Below are positions 1 through 13,800 of a stretch of 64,000 nt of DNA, one piece after another (positions within the stretch are counted from its first letter, which is position 1; each line of letters begins with the position of its first letter). The translations under genes and the position numbers were made by a program. This DNA comes from Lepidodermella squamata (lineage: Eukaryota > Animalia > Gastrotricha), in the NCBI GenBank assembly GCA_047495785.1, contig JBLDXI010000001.1, forward strand, positions 3,534,001 through 3,598,000, in the 5' to 3' direction. The notes under the pieces were generated by a model that had not been told where the DNA came from, made no database searches, and was given only the letters and a program-made list of their open reading frames with translations.

Positions 1-406
1 AGCAGTGATCGATTGGATAAAAGAAGCCGAAGATACTTGTCGAAAACACGGTCGTTCATAGTATTCTTGAGCCAAGCTATCACCCGTTTCTCGTCGCTTT
101 CGAATTGGTTAAACCGGAATAATTCATCGGAAGGAATTAAATTTGAAATTATGAGCCAAGCACTTGGAAACTGATTGCGGCACGAAGTAGGCGATAGACC
201 GTGATTGAACAGTGTTACCCATGCGTCAAGCAGTTGCCGAACTCTGGTTACAAATGAATAAGCATGCGCATATTTCGCATATTCATCAATCAATACCTAG
301 TATCAGCTTCAGAAGCAACACGCCGCGCTCCACCGCCATATTCTTGCTGGCAAGTTTTAAGCGCCACAAATAAGTCGCTAACGACTTCCTCTGCTTTCCG
401 ATCCAT
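1..406 (-). CDS. SNX29: Sorting nexin 29-like RUN-domain protein, 5' part (runs off the window); exon 1 406-297, 53-nt intron 296-244, exon 2 243-<1
   Basis: Not in the ORF track. Manual spliced translation: MDRKAEEVVSDLFVALKTCQQEYGGGARRVASEADTRVRQLLDAWVTLFNHGL...DELFRFNQFESDEKRVIAWLKNTMNDRVFDKYLRLLLSNRSL. This resembles the SNX29 N-terminal RUN domain (AVKQCQIRFGG..IASDSDSRV..HGL; RAWLRCALNEHSLERYL). The GT-AG intron keeps the frame. Confidence 0.75.
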
Positions 407-553
407 CAACGCGAGTCATAAACTGACCCTAGCTTCAATAAGTAACAGGCATATCTAGATCAAAAAGCGTTCAAGGTCATACGAATAAGACAATAATTCA
501 TAAAGCGATACAATTTTATTGTTGCAAATCAATTAACAAACAAGAATACTAGG

Positions 554-1417
554 TTAATGGCGACGTTCGCTTTTGTGACCCTTGTCACGGTCGCGATGCT
601 TGGAATCATTATCGCGGCGCTCCGAATGTCGATCGTGCTTGTCCTTTTTGTGACGACCGCTGTCATGCTCCGCTTTACTGCTACTGCTGCTGCCACCAGC
701 CGTTCCTTGAAGCTTCGACAGCTTGGCTAACAGCTTTTGTCGCTGATGGTCGGATAAGGAGCTGAGGAATTTCTCCTCTGGGTCGTCCTCGTTATTGCTA
801 ATCAAAGCTTGATTGCGAGCAGAAGGTGCGAAACCACCAACGTTGTATCCCGAGCTGGATGAAGCAACACTCTGCTTCATCTCGATGCCTTGAAGAATTT
901 CCAGAGTTTGCTTCTTCTGCGGATTAGCAATTTTTGAATAATCTGGCTCGGCTGTCAAGTTTTTGCCAAACAATGGGCAAAGCTTATCAGTATTCATGTG
1001 GCCCCACTGTTTGCATTTAATGCAACGAACATTGCGAACTTCGATGCCGAAAGGTTGATCAAGAATTTCATCCTTTCCCTTGGCATATTCTTCACGAGGG
1101 GCGTTGAATTTCTTCTGCCATTCAAACTTGACTTCAACTTTGTTTTTCTCTGCAGCCTCACGATCTTCCTTGCGGCAACCAGGTGGAGGCTCATACATAA
1201 AACTCAAACCAAGTTGGGCTTTCTCGTCACCAAGAAGGGCTTTATTCTGAGTTAACTCTTGCTCACGTTGATAAGCTGCCATGAGCTCGTCCTGCTTTTT
1301 CTTGTCAAATTCACTCTTTTGTTCGACCATCCATTTTCGCTTCAGGTTTTCGAAGTTTCCAGGGTGAAAAAACTTTTTGGACATATAGTTGTTGAAACCT
1401 TTCCCATGGCCCGGCAT
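554..1417 (-). CDS. CIR1: Corepressor interacting with RBPJ 1 (CIR1-like), intronless, 287 aa
   Basis: Cir_N motif [72 protein letters not shown] zinc knuckle, basic H/R/K/D-rich tail. Confidence 0.92.
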   Translation of the reverse strand: MPGHGKGFNNYMSKKFFHPGNFENLKRKWMVEQKSEFDKKKQDELMAAYQREQELTQNKALLGDEKAQLGLSFMYEPPPGCRKEDREAAEKNKVEVKFEWQKKFNAPREEYAKGKDEILDQPFGIEVRNVRCIKCKQWGHMNTDKLCPLFGKNLTAEPDYSKIANPQKKQTLEILQGIEMKQSVASSSSGYNVGGFAPSARNQALISNNEDDPEEKFLSSLSDHQRQKLLAKLSKLQGTAGGSSSSSKAEHDSGRHKKDKHDRHSERRDNDSKHRDRDKGHKSERRH

Positions 1418-2285
1418 TTTCTAGATTAAAACGGCTTTAAATAAGGATACTCTAGAAGAATAACACAATTAATTAGATTTAAAATTCAAGTTTTCACTGT
1501 CTCAGGCTGTTTAGGATGAGGCAAACTGCTAAACAAAAGAAACGCTGCTCAAGTTTGAATAAAAGTACAAGTACAAGTACAAGTGGCAGCAAAGTACAAA
1601 AGTGTAAAAGTTCTCCGACAACAGCGGCAAACTACGGTATACGGTAGTAAAAGCTTTAATTCTGGATTGCTCTAATACTGTATTGAAGTAGCTTCCAAAG
1701 TGTGTTAGGTAACGGAGAATGAAGATTTGTCATTGACGTCCTTTCATCATCATCTTTTGGGGCTTTGAAATGCCAGCAAAAGCAGAGGCCTGCCAAAGAA
1801 TTCTCGATAAAATTAAAATTAAGAAGTGTCAAGGCCAATTGAGCGTCTATAAAGAGTAAAATTTTAGCAACAAAGTAAATTTTCTAATAATTTGGTTAAC
1901 GCGAAAAACAGTAAAATATCGTTTGAAAAAAATCTCTCATTCCGCTAGCCGCATGTGTTTCTCCAAAATCCGAAACCGGAACCGTGAAGCTAAGCAGCGT
2001 GGAGTGGCTTCATGTGCTTCTTTAAAGCTATTCAAATTTGCATTGGATATCTTTGTTATTCTGTAATCACTTATGATGAATATGGGAATGTCATTTTTGG
2101 CATTTGCCTCAATTATCAATCATCAATCAAATGACCGGCAGTCGTGAATGCGCAAAAGTGGAGTTTGTTTACACAATGAACGAGTTCCTTGAATATGAAA
2201 TCACTTCCTGTTTATTATACATGAATAAAACCGTGAATGGGCGGCGTCTGATCATTAGTGTTTCCTTTCCATATTTCGAATTAAT

Positions 2286-4232
2286 ATGCCATCTGACGAC
2301 AACAGCGTGGTTGTATCTGTGTCAGGCCTAGTCATCAGCCTCAGCCGGAAGCAGCTCAATAGGTATCCTCACACAAGATTAGCTCAGCAATTTCTTCACG
2401 GTAAATCCAGCTCCACATCCCGATTCCTGCTCGGAAGCGACATCCTCAAAACGTATCAGAATGCCCATATAGGCGACGCAAAAGGGAGTAGTAATCATCG
2501 GAAAGATTCGGACGGGAGTAGTGTGGACGACGATGTAGTTGTGTATTTTTTCAATCGCAATCCTCTACTATTCACTCATATCGTTGACTTCTACCGAACT
2601 GGCATGCTTCATTTTCCGCATCAATATTGCTGGACTGCAATTGCTGACGAACTGGAATACTGGCGGGTTGACATGTCATATCTAGCCGAATGTTGCCAAA
2701 AACGTAAGATATATTAATCTGAAAATTGCTTGTATTTTACATTAATGAAAGCAGTGTACACTGATCACAAAAGGCGTGTTGAAAGCTTCCGCGAAATTCA
2801 GCATATATTTGGCGATGATGTACGCCGATTTCAATCAAATGTTCGCAATACAGAAAATATGGGGCGGCTTTCTTTGTTCCGTAACGCGATGTCTCAGATT
2901 TATTCCGACGCATCTTCGGATAAACCCTTCTATATAAAGGCATATTATTTCTTCTACATCAGCATTGTCGTCCTCTACCTGATTTCATACATTATTCAAA
3001 GCGAAGCTGACTATCGAGAGGTAAATTGCACTTAGCATTTATTTCAAAGATAAAATTTTTGGCTTTCCGAGCAGACACGATCAGAAGACGATCCGGCGAT
3101 TTGTGAAGATTTTAAACATTGGCAGAATGAAACTACTGCTTACGCTGCGATTCTACACAGCAAAACCAACAGAACCCAGTACGTCGACAGCACACCGAAA
3201 TATGTGAAGTATTTTCTTACTACTCGTGAGCTGGAGTTTTCAACATACCTGCTTTTTAACCAGTGGTTTTTGCTACCTTAGCATGTTTGGCGTTCCACAT
3301 AATCGACGGCCTTTGCAACTTTATATTTTTCATGGATCTGTTCTTGCGATACCTTGGTTGGTGAATAATCCATTTTTGGAGTTGGAAATAGTGTTGAATT
3401 TTCAGGCGCCCCTAGCACACGAGCTTTTTTCACTGAAACTGGTCATATCATGGACTGCTTCTGCAATATGTGCGATCTCATTACTTTCGCTCTACACGTA
3501 ATCTTTGATAGTACATTTTTTTCGCTATAATTGTTTCAATTTTAGGCTGGCACCACAGCAAATTTTTCATGCAGCGTAGCTGTGTTGGTGATATATCTAT
3601 TGCTCGAAATTTCTCGCGTCCTTCGAGTCATGCGACTCATCCAGTTCACAAACCGCTATAATGGAATAGTTGTTCTGATGTTGACACTGCGATCGAGTAT
3701 GCGCGAACTTCTTTTGCTGCTATCAGTCCTAGGAGCTGGTGTCGTAGTGTTCGGATTTCTGATTTACGTCGCAGAATTAGGGGACAGCCAAAACAGCAGA
3801 TTCGACAACTTCATGCTCGGTTTTTGGTGGAGCATAGTTACAATGACAACTTTGGGCTACGGCGATATAACGCCTACGACCCCTGTTGGCTACATGATCG
3901 GCAGCGCTTGCGGCATCACGGGCGTAATTTTCGTCGCTCTCCAAGTTCCCGTTATCGCCAACAAATTCAACGACCTATACACTTATGCGCAAGATCAACA
4001 GCTCAGAGAGCAGTGGACGAAAGAGCAGGAATTTCGCAAAAATGAAGTCGCGACAATCATCGTTGACGCGCATCAGCGGCCGCTATCGCAGCAAGAAATA
4101 GGTCACCGCTTGAAGCGCGACTGCGCGAAAAAGTTCGATAACCCTATTGTTGAATTTGCGCACCATCTCGACCGCATTCCTACGTATTTCACCGCAGCTA
4201 GTTTGAATGCTGTGCCCGAAGAGGGCTCATGA
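2286..4232 (+). CDS. Voltage-gated K+ channel alpha subunit, Shaw/Kv3-like, divergent; about 6 exons with ~50-nt introns (approx. 2286-2703, 2755-3020, 3075-3225, 3282-3355, 3406-3497, 3547-4232)
   Basis: T1/BTB domain (YFFNRNP..F..IVDFYRTG.LH.P...C...ADELEYW.......ECC, with the HX5CX20CC Zn motif of non-Shaker Kv channels). S2 (HIIDGLCNFIFFMDLFLRY) and S3 recovered by manual splicing; S4 RVLRVMRL; pore WWSIVTMTTLGYGDITP; S6 G....ALQVPVIANKF. Confidence 0.85.
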
Positions 4233-4818
4233 AATTCACGCTAAGAAGCGCGAACAGCTGATTTTTGTATTTTTGAACCTTTGTTGACTTTTTATACCTG
4301 TGGGTTCCTATTACCCACCCTAATAGTTTCCTCGATTTCCAATTTTCCAGCACTTTTTCGTTATTTGTGATCTGTTTTTCGAATAAAAACTCAGTTTTTT
4401 CAATGTAACCGTGTCATTTTTATTTCAGTTTTCCTCTACATTTAGGCACTCTGCAAAAAACAGCATTCGTTGCGCGTTCCTCTCCTTCTTTTTTTCATCC
4501 ATGATCATCATAGCAAAAAAAACGATGACAACAAATTATTGTTTGTTAAAATGTTATACATTCTCGAGTCAACGCATCAACAAGAAGAAGAAGATAAAAT
4601 CGCGCGGCAGATAAAAACAAATATCTTACAATTATCGAGAAATAGCAATCCGCGCGGTATAATTTTTTCAATTTTTTTTATAATAATATTATTATGTATA
4701 ATGGCATTGAAAGAGCAGCAAAAAAGAACTCATCATCCTCATCATCGCAACAACAATATAAAAAAGGGAGAGATAGAGCGAGAGATATCGGGATACAAAA
4801 AAAACCGATCCCGAACAT

Positions 4819-7800
4819 TCAATTATTGGTCGTGAAATTACTATTCGACGATCTCGGCTGTTGTAGGAACGACTTGAGAACGCGCCCGGAAAGCGGTGGC
4901 GTGTTTAAGGGGGAGCTCAAATTCGACCCATTCGCCTCAGGAGCGCACAGCTGGTACCAATCTTCAGCCGGTTTTTTCACCGAAGACGACGACTGCTTCT
5001 TACGGCCGCGGTTCAGCCCGGCACCACCTGTTGAGCTGGTCGAACTCGGACTCGCGCTGTGGTTCTCCGGCGCCGGGCCGGTTGGCGATTCGCTCGACGT
5101 TGAGCCGGCGGTCGACGACAGCATCTGGCTGCCATCCGAGGCGTGGGACGACGGGTTGGTGGCGTACAGCTGCGCCTGTTGGTGGTGATGGTGGTGGGCC
5201 TGTTTTAGCAACAATTCAGTGGCTACGGCACCGGCATCGCCACCGCCCATCAGCATCATCATAATCTCAGTGTCATCCTCGAGAACCTCTGATTCGTAGC
5301 CGTCCGATGCCGGCAGGTTGTTGCCGTTGTTTTCTAGCAACGGCCGTTGGCAATTGCCGGTTTCGGGCGACGACGGCGGCGAATCGATTACTTCCTCCGC
5401 CGACAGCTCGGCGATACCCGGCAAAACAGCGGCAGCTGGGGCCCAATCGGTCGTATCCCAAGCGTAACCTGAAATTGAAAATAAATTAAAATTTTAAAAT
5501 TAAAAATTAAAATTCTTCAAGCGCTATTTAGACGTGCCATAAAGTCATAATTTCAAAATGTCCCGAATTGCCCGAAGACAACAAAAATTAAAAAAAAGTC
5601 CCAAAATTTCGAGCGAAAGTTAATGATTTTTCACAATATTCAAAATTTCGTAACGGGTCTGCATGCCAACACGAGTGATTTTTTTCAAACACAAAAAGCC
5701 CGCTGTGATTACGATATCAAAACCATGCATTGCGATGAAAAAATCAAACACAAACACAAAAATATGCCCGTTATTTCCTGTTATTAATTTCTACAAAATA
5801 TCATCACGCTGGGTGTTAATAGACTATATGCATAGAAAAAAACGAACAAGTGGTCTATGACACGTAGCGAGCAAGCAAAGGTGAGTAGTTGATGCACATT
5901 TATATCACGAAGCCTCGTAAAGAATCAGCTTTAAAAATTTCTCAATTTTACGAAAAAATTAAGGCGGATTTTTTAAAGCCGATTTTTACGCCGAGGCAGC
6001 TAGCGACAAATTTGATGCAACTATGCTGATGTTTTCGCATTGATTTTTGTTACCTTTCTGCGGAACCCGTTGAACGAGAATTTGCTGGTTCCCTTCGAGA
6101 TAAGAAGAAGCTTCACCGCCTATATTGCACATGTATCGAACGAAGCATTCATATAACATCAATCATTCCCACAATATTCAGAAAATGTCATCGAAGAGTG
6201 AAAAAAGCCAAAAGCTAAGTGAATAAACATTTCAAAGCGAAAATTCAACAAACCTCCGAATGATTGCTGTAAAAATCTCTTTGTAGACGCTGGAGATTCG
6301 GTACCATTGCTATTACTAGCCGCTTGTTTCTGTTTCTCCAACGGGTCAATCGCCGGTTTCTGCTGAGCGAGCGGCTGAGTTGCTGCAACCGGGGCGACGC
6401 TCGCCATCGGTTTCTGGCCCTTCAACTGCTGCTGAGAACTCGGCAACGGCGCCGCATATCGCTGCTGTTCGTTGAAATTCGTCAAAATCGCCGGCGGTAC
6501 CGGCGGGTTGATGATGCGAATTTCTTCCGGCGCGCAAATCGGCGGCTTCGGCGGCGGCACAGCCGTCATTTGCTGCGAATTGCGGTTGTTCGACGTCGAC
6601 AAAATCGGCATAGCTGTCGATAGGAAAGACTCGACTACAACCGGCACGCCGCTGCTGCGCTGCGAATGCGACATTTGGCTCAGCGAGTCCAGGCCAGGCA
6701 CCATCAGCGGTTGAGTCACCCTGCTGTAGGACTGCGCTTCTTCGTCCAGAACACGGCGCCGGTTGTTCGGGACCTGCGATCGGGTCGAGGCCGTGGCGAA
6801 GGTACCGCGGGTGTGGTAACCAGGGCCGTGGCGGGTGCCTTCGAAGCTCCGCCCACTCATTCGCCGGTTGTTGCCCGATTTCAGGCCGTCAGTTGTTGTG
6901 ACACCCTTCCGTAAATCCGACTCGCGGTGGCTGGATGACGATCGTTTTCTAGGCAACACCCGGCAGCAGCATGCCGCGACTATGACTGAGATAGCCAGGG
7001 CGACCATGACGCCAACGGCGCCGGCGATGATGCCCAATTCGCCCTGGGTGAGTTCCATGGTCGATTCGCAGTTGCGGCCGTAGACGCCGGCTGGGCACGA
7101 GCACTCGTAAGAGCCGAAACTGTTAGTACAGTTGCCGCCGTTCAGGCACGGTGATAATTGAACGGTCTTGCTGGAAGACGATGATGACGATGATGAGTCA
7201 CTTGACCCTATCGCACATTCGTCAATATCACTTTCGCATTCAGGACCTAAAGAAACAATGCAAATTTATTAAATAGTGCTAGAAAAAATTCAAACAAAAA
7301 TTTCCTGAAATACTTCGGAGAACATTTTGAAAAATTCTAAATAAATTTGAACAAATCTTAGAAATTATTAGAGAAAAATAGAAATACAGACAATTGAATT
7401 TTAATTTAAAATTGATAATTTCCGAAGTCAGAAATATTTTTTTATATTTTTTGATAAACAATTTCTAGAAAAATGAGAAAAATTAGTCCGGAGAAATTAG
7501 GTAAAAAAATAGCCCGAAATGTGGACAGATACCCGATTAAACCAAATGTTTCGGCAATAAAAATAATGGAATAAAGCGTATCGATAGAATATAAACTGTC
7601 TACAAGTTTATCCCCACGCACCGTGACGAATTTAATTGAGGGATGAAACATGATGAATTTTAGCAAGTACCCACCCAGCTGTTGCATGCAATATTAAACA
7701 CGGCCAAGCGGATACTTATAATAGCTTGCGGCTCACGTTCTCAGTATGCGTAAAATGCGCGCATTTATACGCTCGAAATAAAGCGATAGATACCACAAGT

Positions 7801-10800
7801 TGAGCGGTGCAATAACAGAAATGAGCGCGCCACTTGTTTTAAAATGCACAAATTGCAGGCGCCTTGTTCGTTCAAAGTGTCAAAAAACTCGCATCGCCAA
7901 TTTTTATCGCGTCGATAAAACAATAAACAACAAAAACAACAACGCAAGTGCACCACTATTATTGTTTCGATGCGATTATTAAACTACTCGAGCAACAGGT
8001 GCGATTTTTCCCATCACAAGTGCGGTAAACAAAAGTATATAGGAATTAATTTATTAACCGAGGCGAAAAGACGAGAATTTTATACGACCGAGATGATCGA
8101 AAATAACAACAATCGAAATTGATGCGATGGCGGGCCTTTTGGCTGGGCAAACAAGGCCGCGGCGAGGGCAACGCGTCTCGCAGTAATTAGCCGCGCGGCC
8201 AAGACGTGCATTAACAACTTCCGAATCGAATCATGTTTGCCGAAGACGGCGGCGCCAAGTCGAGCGAGCGAGCGATATAAATACACTCGATATTCATAAT
8301 TAAGATGACGAAGCGCGATGACGCATAATTAGTATGCGAAAAACCTATGATTTGTCATCACTCAGCATCAAATCTGAGCTGAAAATGCTACTGCGTGTAC
8401 CGAACTCGAGCGCGTCAATCGATACGAATATGTCGCGGCCACGTGTACACAACCGGCGACAGGCAGGTAAAAACCCAGCCTCACACAGGTGTGAATCACC
8501 GTGGCAACGCAATGTGTGAACAAAAAATTATATATATATATCGCGAATTACAAGGAAGTGAGAAACTGCTATAGCGCTGTCGATTATATCGATGCCACTC
8601 ATTTGCTTAGTAGTTTTTTTTGCGTTGAAAAAACCGCAAAAAATACAGGTAAATATTGCGGCGAAACAAATTTTAATGCTGAGAAAACATAGGAAAAAAA
8701 ATAAACCAATATCGCACGGAAAAATCCAGCGAAAATCCGAAAAATTGGAATTTATAAAAAAAAATTAAATTAAAAAATATCCAAGTTAAAAAATTTATAT
8801 AAAATTATGTTGGATCAACAATTATAAAATCCGAAATAAATTCAAAATTTAATGGGGAAATATATTCAAAATTCCAAACTAATTTTTTTCAAAAATTCAT
8901 AAAATTTTACCTGTGAAACCAGCTGGGCAGCTGCAGACCGGTCGCGGATACGCATCCACGCACGCGCCTCCATTCTTGCAATCCGGCCTCAATCCCGTGA
9001 ACGGGCCCGGCACTTGCTTCAAACTAGTCGCCGATTTCTCGCACAGGCCCAACTCGCACCGACTGCCGTAAAACGGCGACGGGCATGCACATTTATAACC
9101 GGCCGATGAGCTAGGGTCATCGCGACACTGGCCACCGTGTAGACACGGCTGATCCGCACAGGGCGATGCGTCCTGTTCGCAACTCATACCCCGAAACCGG
9201 CCTGATTTGCAGACGCAGGCGAATGACGCTGTGGCTGGGCCGAATCTTAGGAATGAACTGGTCGTAGCCGCGGTTGAGACGTGCGGCACACACAGCCCGC
9301 CGTTAGAACAGCTCGGGGCGGCGAGATTACACGGCTCAGCTGGCAGCCAGGCCGCGAATAACTCAGCCGGGCACACGTCGACTACATTCTGCCGGTGACG
9401 AATTTCTGAGACGGAAATGCCGCGGATACAACCGATGAAGCCGGGCACCAGGTGACCGGGTAGGGCTGTCGAGTTGCTCTCCGGCAGCCCGCCGACGTAG
9501 ACCGCGGAGACCCGCGAAAACGGCAATTTCACGACCAGAGGCGACTGGGTGTCCAGAGCTACCTCAATCGAACTAGGCCACAGTCGAATTTTCGCGCCAT
9601 GCCACGCCCCGTCTGACACGCGGACCAACGAAACCGGGGTCGGAGGTCGGACATCAAACCCGGCCTGTACGACCCTGATCACCAAATGGCCAGAATCGGG
9701 TTGAATACCGAGGAAAACGCTTGAAATCGCATCGATAGAGACGGATAACAGCAGCCCGTATTGGACCCTTGTTCGGAATTCGAGGCTCAGTGAGAAAATC
9801 GCGTTGTTAGAATCGACAACCGGCTGCCCGGCTACCTCGACCCAACTCCAGCCGACAAAGGCTAGACTCTGCGTTGTCAACGACTCCAATTCATCGGCTA
9901 ATGACGTTTCGTCTGAAACATCGATGCGACGAGCCAAGGCCGGCAGGCACCTCGGCTCAGTCGGTGGGCAAATGCAGTGCATTCGCGGGTCGCCGCGCAC
10001 TGGCAGGCACGACATGTGGCTCGGGCACGCGATTTGCGACGAGCACGTCTCGACAACGCGGTCGCACGACTGGCCGACATAACCCTGGTGGCATCGGCAG
10101 ATCGAATTCGACGAAAATGACGGCAAAGCAGCGATTGCGATGGAATCAGGTTCATTATTCAGCGAAATCGACGATTCGACGTTTTGGTGGTAGACTAGTG
10201 AATGCAGGGCTACGCATTGGCCGTTATTCTCACAGGGTGGCCGGAAGTCGGAACAATCTGCGCCGAGAGATGCGCTTGAGACTATCAATTTCGATCGCCG
10301 ACGAATTGTCTCCAGTTTTTCGGAGATTTTCTGCGAAAAACGCGTCCCTTCAAGGTAAGATCCGTTCGAAAACCGGCCGAGAATGAGGGCAGAAACGCCG
10401 CTAGCCACAGCCCTAGGTCGTAATTTCGATCTTTTACCGTAATTTTCACTCGCAGCGACTACGAAAACTTGATCGCAAATGCCTAATTTCGAGATAGTTT
10501 CCTCCAATTGCCGGCTGTCTCGAGCGAAAAGCGACAAATCGATCGAATCGATGGTCAGAACAACGCCGCTAGTTGACAAAACGTCAGATGGCAAGTGCTC
10601 GACCACCAATTTTAAGGAGGCGTGGCTAACGAACGACCCATCCGAGGCTGAGATGTTGATGCTAAACGATCCTTGCGTTAAAAATCGCCCATTTGCGACC
10701 AAAAGCGCGCTATTAGTGCCTTCTAAATCCCGCATTGAGAAGATTTGACTACCCGGCGAGACGATTGCGAAGTTCAAAATGTCGTAAGGATCGGCATCTG

Positions 10801-13800
10801 TCGCTTGGATGACCGCTAGCACGGCTGAATCGTCGTCCTTAACGCGGGCCGGGTCGATGCGGACCACCAATTCGCCGCTATCATGCGAAAATTTCGGCGG
10901 GGTCCGCGATTGCTCGACGACAAACACGTTGACTGGCACTTCGGTCGACAGGCCGCCCGCGTCGCGAGCCGTTAGCGTCAGCGCAAATCGATCGCCCACC
11001 TTAACGCGAGCTGTCGGGTCGAACAGCAACTGGCCAGACCCGGATTCGGTATTAACGGTTTGCAACACAAAAATCTGGCCATTTTTCGGCGGGACGACCA
11101 TGTCGAAGCTGAACGGGCCCTGGTTAGCCTGGGTATCGGCGTCTGATACCGTAAATCGAACGATTGGGACATGCAACGGGTGGTTCTCTTGAACAGTTAG
11201 ATTGAACGATTTTCGGTTGAAACGAGGCGGGTTATCGTTGACGTCAGTCAGCCCGACGAAGACGGTCGCAAAATCCGAAAACGACCCGCCATCAACAGCT
11301 TCGACCTTGAAATTGTACCCGTTCGGGTTCAGTTCGTAGTCTAAATGGCTGGAGACGGTCAGCCGGCCAGTGTCCGGATCTAGAGCAAATGGCAGCGGCG
11401 CCGCGTCCGGGTTATTCGACGGCACGATTTTATACGTAATTCGGCCATTTTCGCCGCTATCCGCGTCCTGGGCTAGCAGGGTCATAACCAAATGGCCGAT
11501 ATTAGCGTCTTCAGGTAGAATCGCCGTGAAATTTCGAAGTTGAAACACCGGTTTGTTGTCATTCACGTCCAACACGTGAATTTCGACCTGGGCCGTACCG
11601 CTGAGGGGCGGGAAGCCGCGGTCGACGGCCAAAATCGAGAATTGATGAACCTGATTCGTCTCGAAATCCAGCGCTTTTTTAAGGCGGATATCGCCGGAAA
11701 TTCGGTCGATTTCAAACAGCTTCGAGTAGCTGCTGCTACTAACCGCGGAGGTTAGCGCTGGCTCAGCGATTGAATAATCAGTCTCAGCATTTTGCCCAGC
11801 GTCTTTATTCAAGGCCTTCACGGTTAGTAGAACAGACCCGATCGACGCATTTTCAGCGACTGAAACTGAATAGACGTGCTTCTCGAAATCTGGCGCGTTG
11901 TCATTCGCATCGGCAACTCGAATTCGGATTAAGGTGGACCGCATCAAACTCGGGCTGCCCTGGTCACGGGCAATTATCGTCAAATTATAGAATTCCTGTG
12001 TCTCGCGATCCAACGCAGATTCGAGTAGAATAACCCCAGTGTCCGAATGGATCGAAAACAAATCAGCCGGGACATCGTCGCCGAATTCGTATTTAACCTT
12101 TGAGTTCAACCCGAGATCAGCGTCGTACGTATCAATTTTACCGATCGGTATTTTGAACGGTGAATTTTCGGAAACGACAAATTCGTTGCATTTCGGCGAT
12201 TTAGCCGCGTCGCAAAACTGCGGGGCGTGGTCGTTCACGTCCAAAACGTGGACAATCACCTCCATGCGACACGCGGCTCCAGACTGGTCGGCGACTTCGA
12301 CCGAAAAATCGTACTTATCGATGACTTCACGGTCCAACGGCCGCTCGAGGACTAGTTGCGCCGAACCAGCTGGTCCGGAGCCAACGATTCCGAACGGGAA
12401 GACGTTATTCGCCGCGGTCAACGCGTCTTGTTGCAAGACACGGTAATTCAACGAATGAGTTTCATCGCGATCGCTGACCTCTAACTGGGTCAAATGGCGC
12501 CCGACCGGGGTGTCCTCGGGTACACTCAAAATGTAGAGAGATTTCAGGCAAATCGGCGGCGTGTCGTCCTCATCCAACACCTCAACCGGAACTCGAATCG
12601 TCTGTAAATGACTGCCGTCACTCACGCCTAGGGTTAGGTCGAACCTAGGGCTCATTTCCCGGTCTAGGTCACTGCGGGCCAGGACGAGTCTGCCGTCACT
12701 TCTCAGCGAGAAATGGCGCCGTCTATCGATTCCTGAGCTCAACAGGTGGTAGGTCAGCGAATTCGAATCGACATCGCTCGCCTTGAATGAGTAGACAACG
12801 CTACTAGCCGGCGATCGTTCTTGCACGACCAGTTTGTCCGGAATTGGGACATCGAAACTAGGCGACTCGTCATCCTCATCAACCACCTTAATCACGACAT
12901 TGGCAACCGCAGACATTGGCAGGGTTGAATTAACCGCGCCGTTCGCAACCTGTTGATTCAACGAATTATCAATCGCGAGGACAGGAAATTCGAATTTTGA
13001 AATTTTGTCGAAATCCAACGATCGAACCAGGCGCAATCTACCGGTTGAATCGATGTCAAACGGCAATTCTGCCGCTGCTGAGACATTAACGTCCAGCATG
13101 TAGATCAACTCGGAGCTCAAATCAGCGTCATCCGCGATTATTTGCCCAATAATTGACCCGATTTTCGCTGATTCAAGCGCTGAAAACGCGTAATTCGCCC
13201 GTCGAAATTGCGGCGCCGTATCGTTGACGTCGAAAATTTGAATCGACAGCAGAATCGACGACGGCAAATCGATAGGGAACAACGCTTCGATGACTAACCG
13301 ATGCAGGGGTGATTTTTCGCGATCGACATCCCGCGCTACGGTGATCGAGCCGTTTTTCGCGACTGAAAACACTTGGTCATCGTTGGTTGAGACCAGCGAA
13401 AAGCTGACATCGGCCGAGTCTGATAATTTAAGGAGGCTTTTCAGCGACCCAATCACCGCGCCGATTGTCACGTTCTCAAACGCGAACATCTCAACGGTTC
13501 GATTTAGCCCGGCGAATTCGGCCGGTAATTTGTTAGTCACGAGTACATCGACCCGGCAGAAGTCCATCAGACCGCCCTCAATGGACGCGGTTAGGTTGAA
13601 CGAGAACCAGACTGGCTCACCCTCGGCGAGGGACATGAGCATTTCCGACACTAAAACCGCCCCGGTTCGGGTGTTCAGCTTGAAAAACCGTCTCGGGTCC
13701 ATTTCTTCGTCGGAATTTTCGCCGATCGGTAACATCGCATACGTCACGACTGACGCCGTGCTTTTCGCTGGGAAATGAACAACTAACGTACCGACTTCAC

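Noticed and set aside
8355-8388. Possible stop-containing alternative exon (DLMLSDDKS*) in Fat intron 6 that would give a secreted ectodomain
   Set aside because: Only an acceptor-like TTTTCAG and a short frame, which is expected by chance in a 1.7-kb intron; needs RNA evidence.
10400-10445. Basic stretch KRSKLRPR as a furin site in Fat
   Set aside because: Position before the EGF/LamG region is suggestive, but it does not match the R-X-K/R-R consensus.
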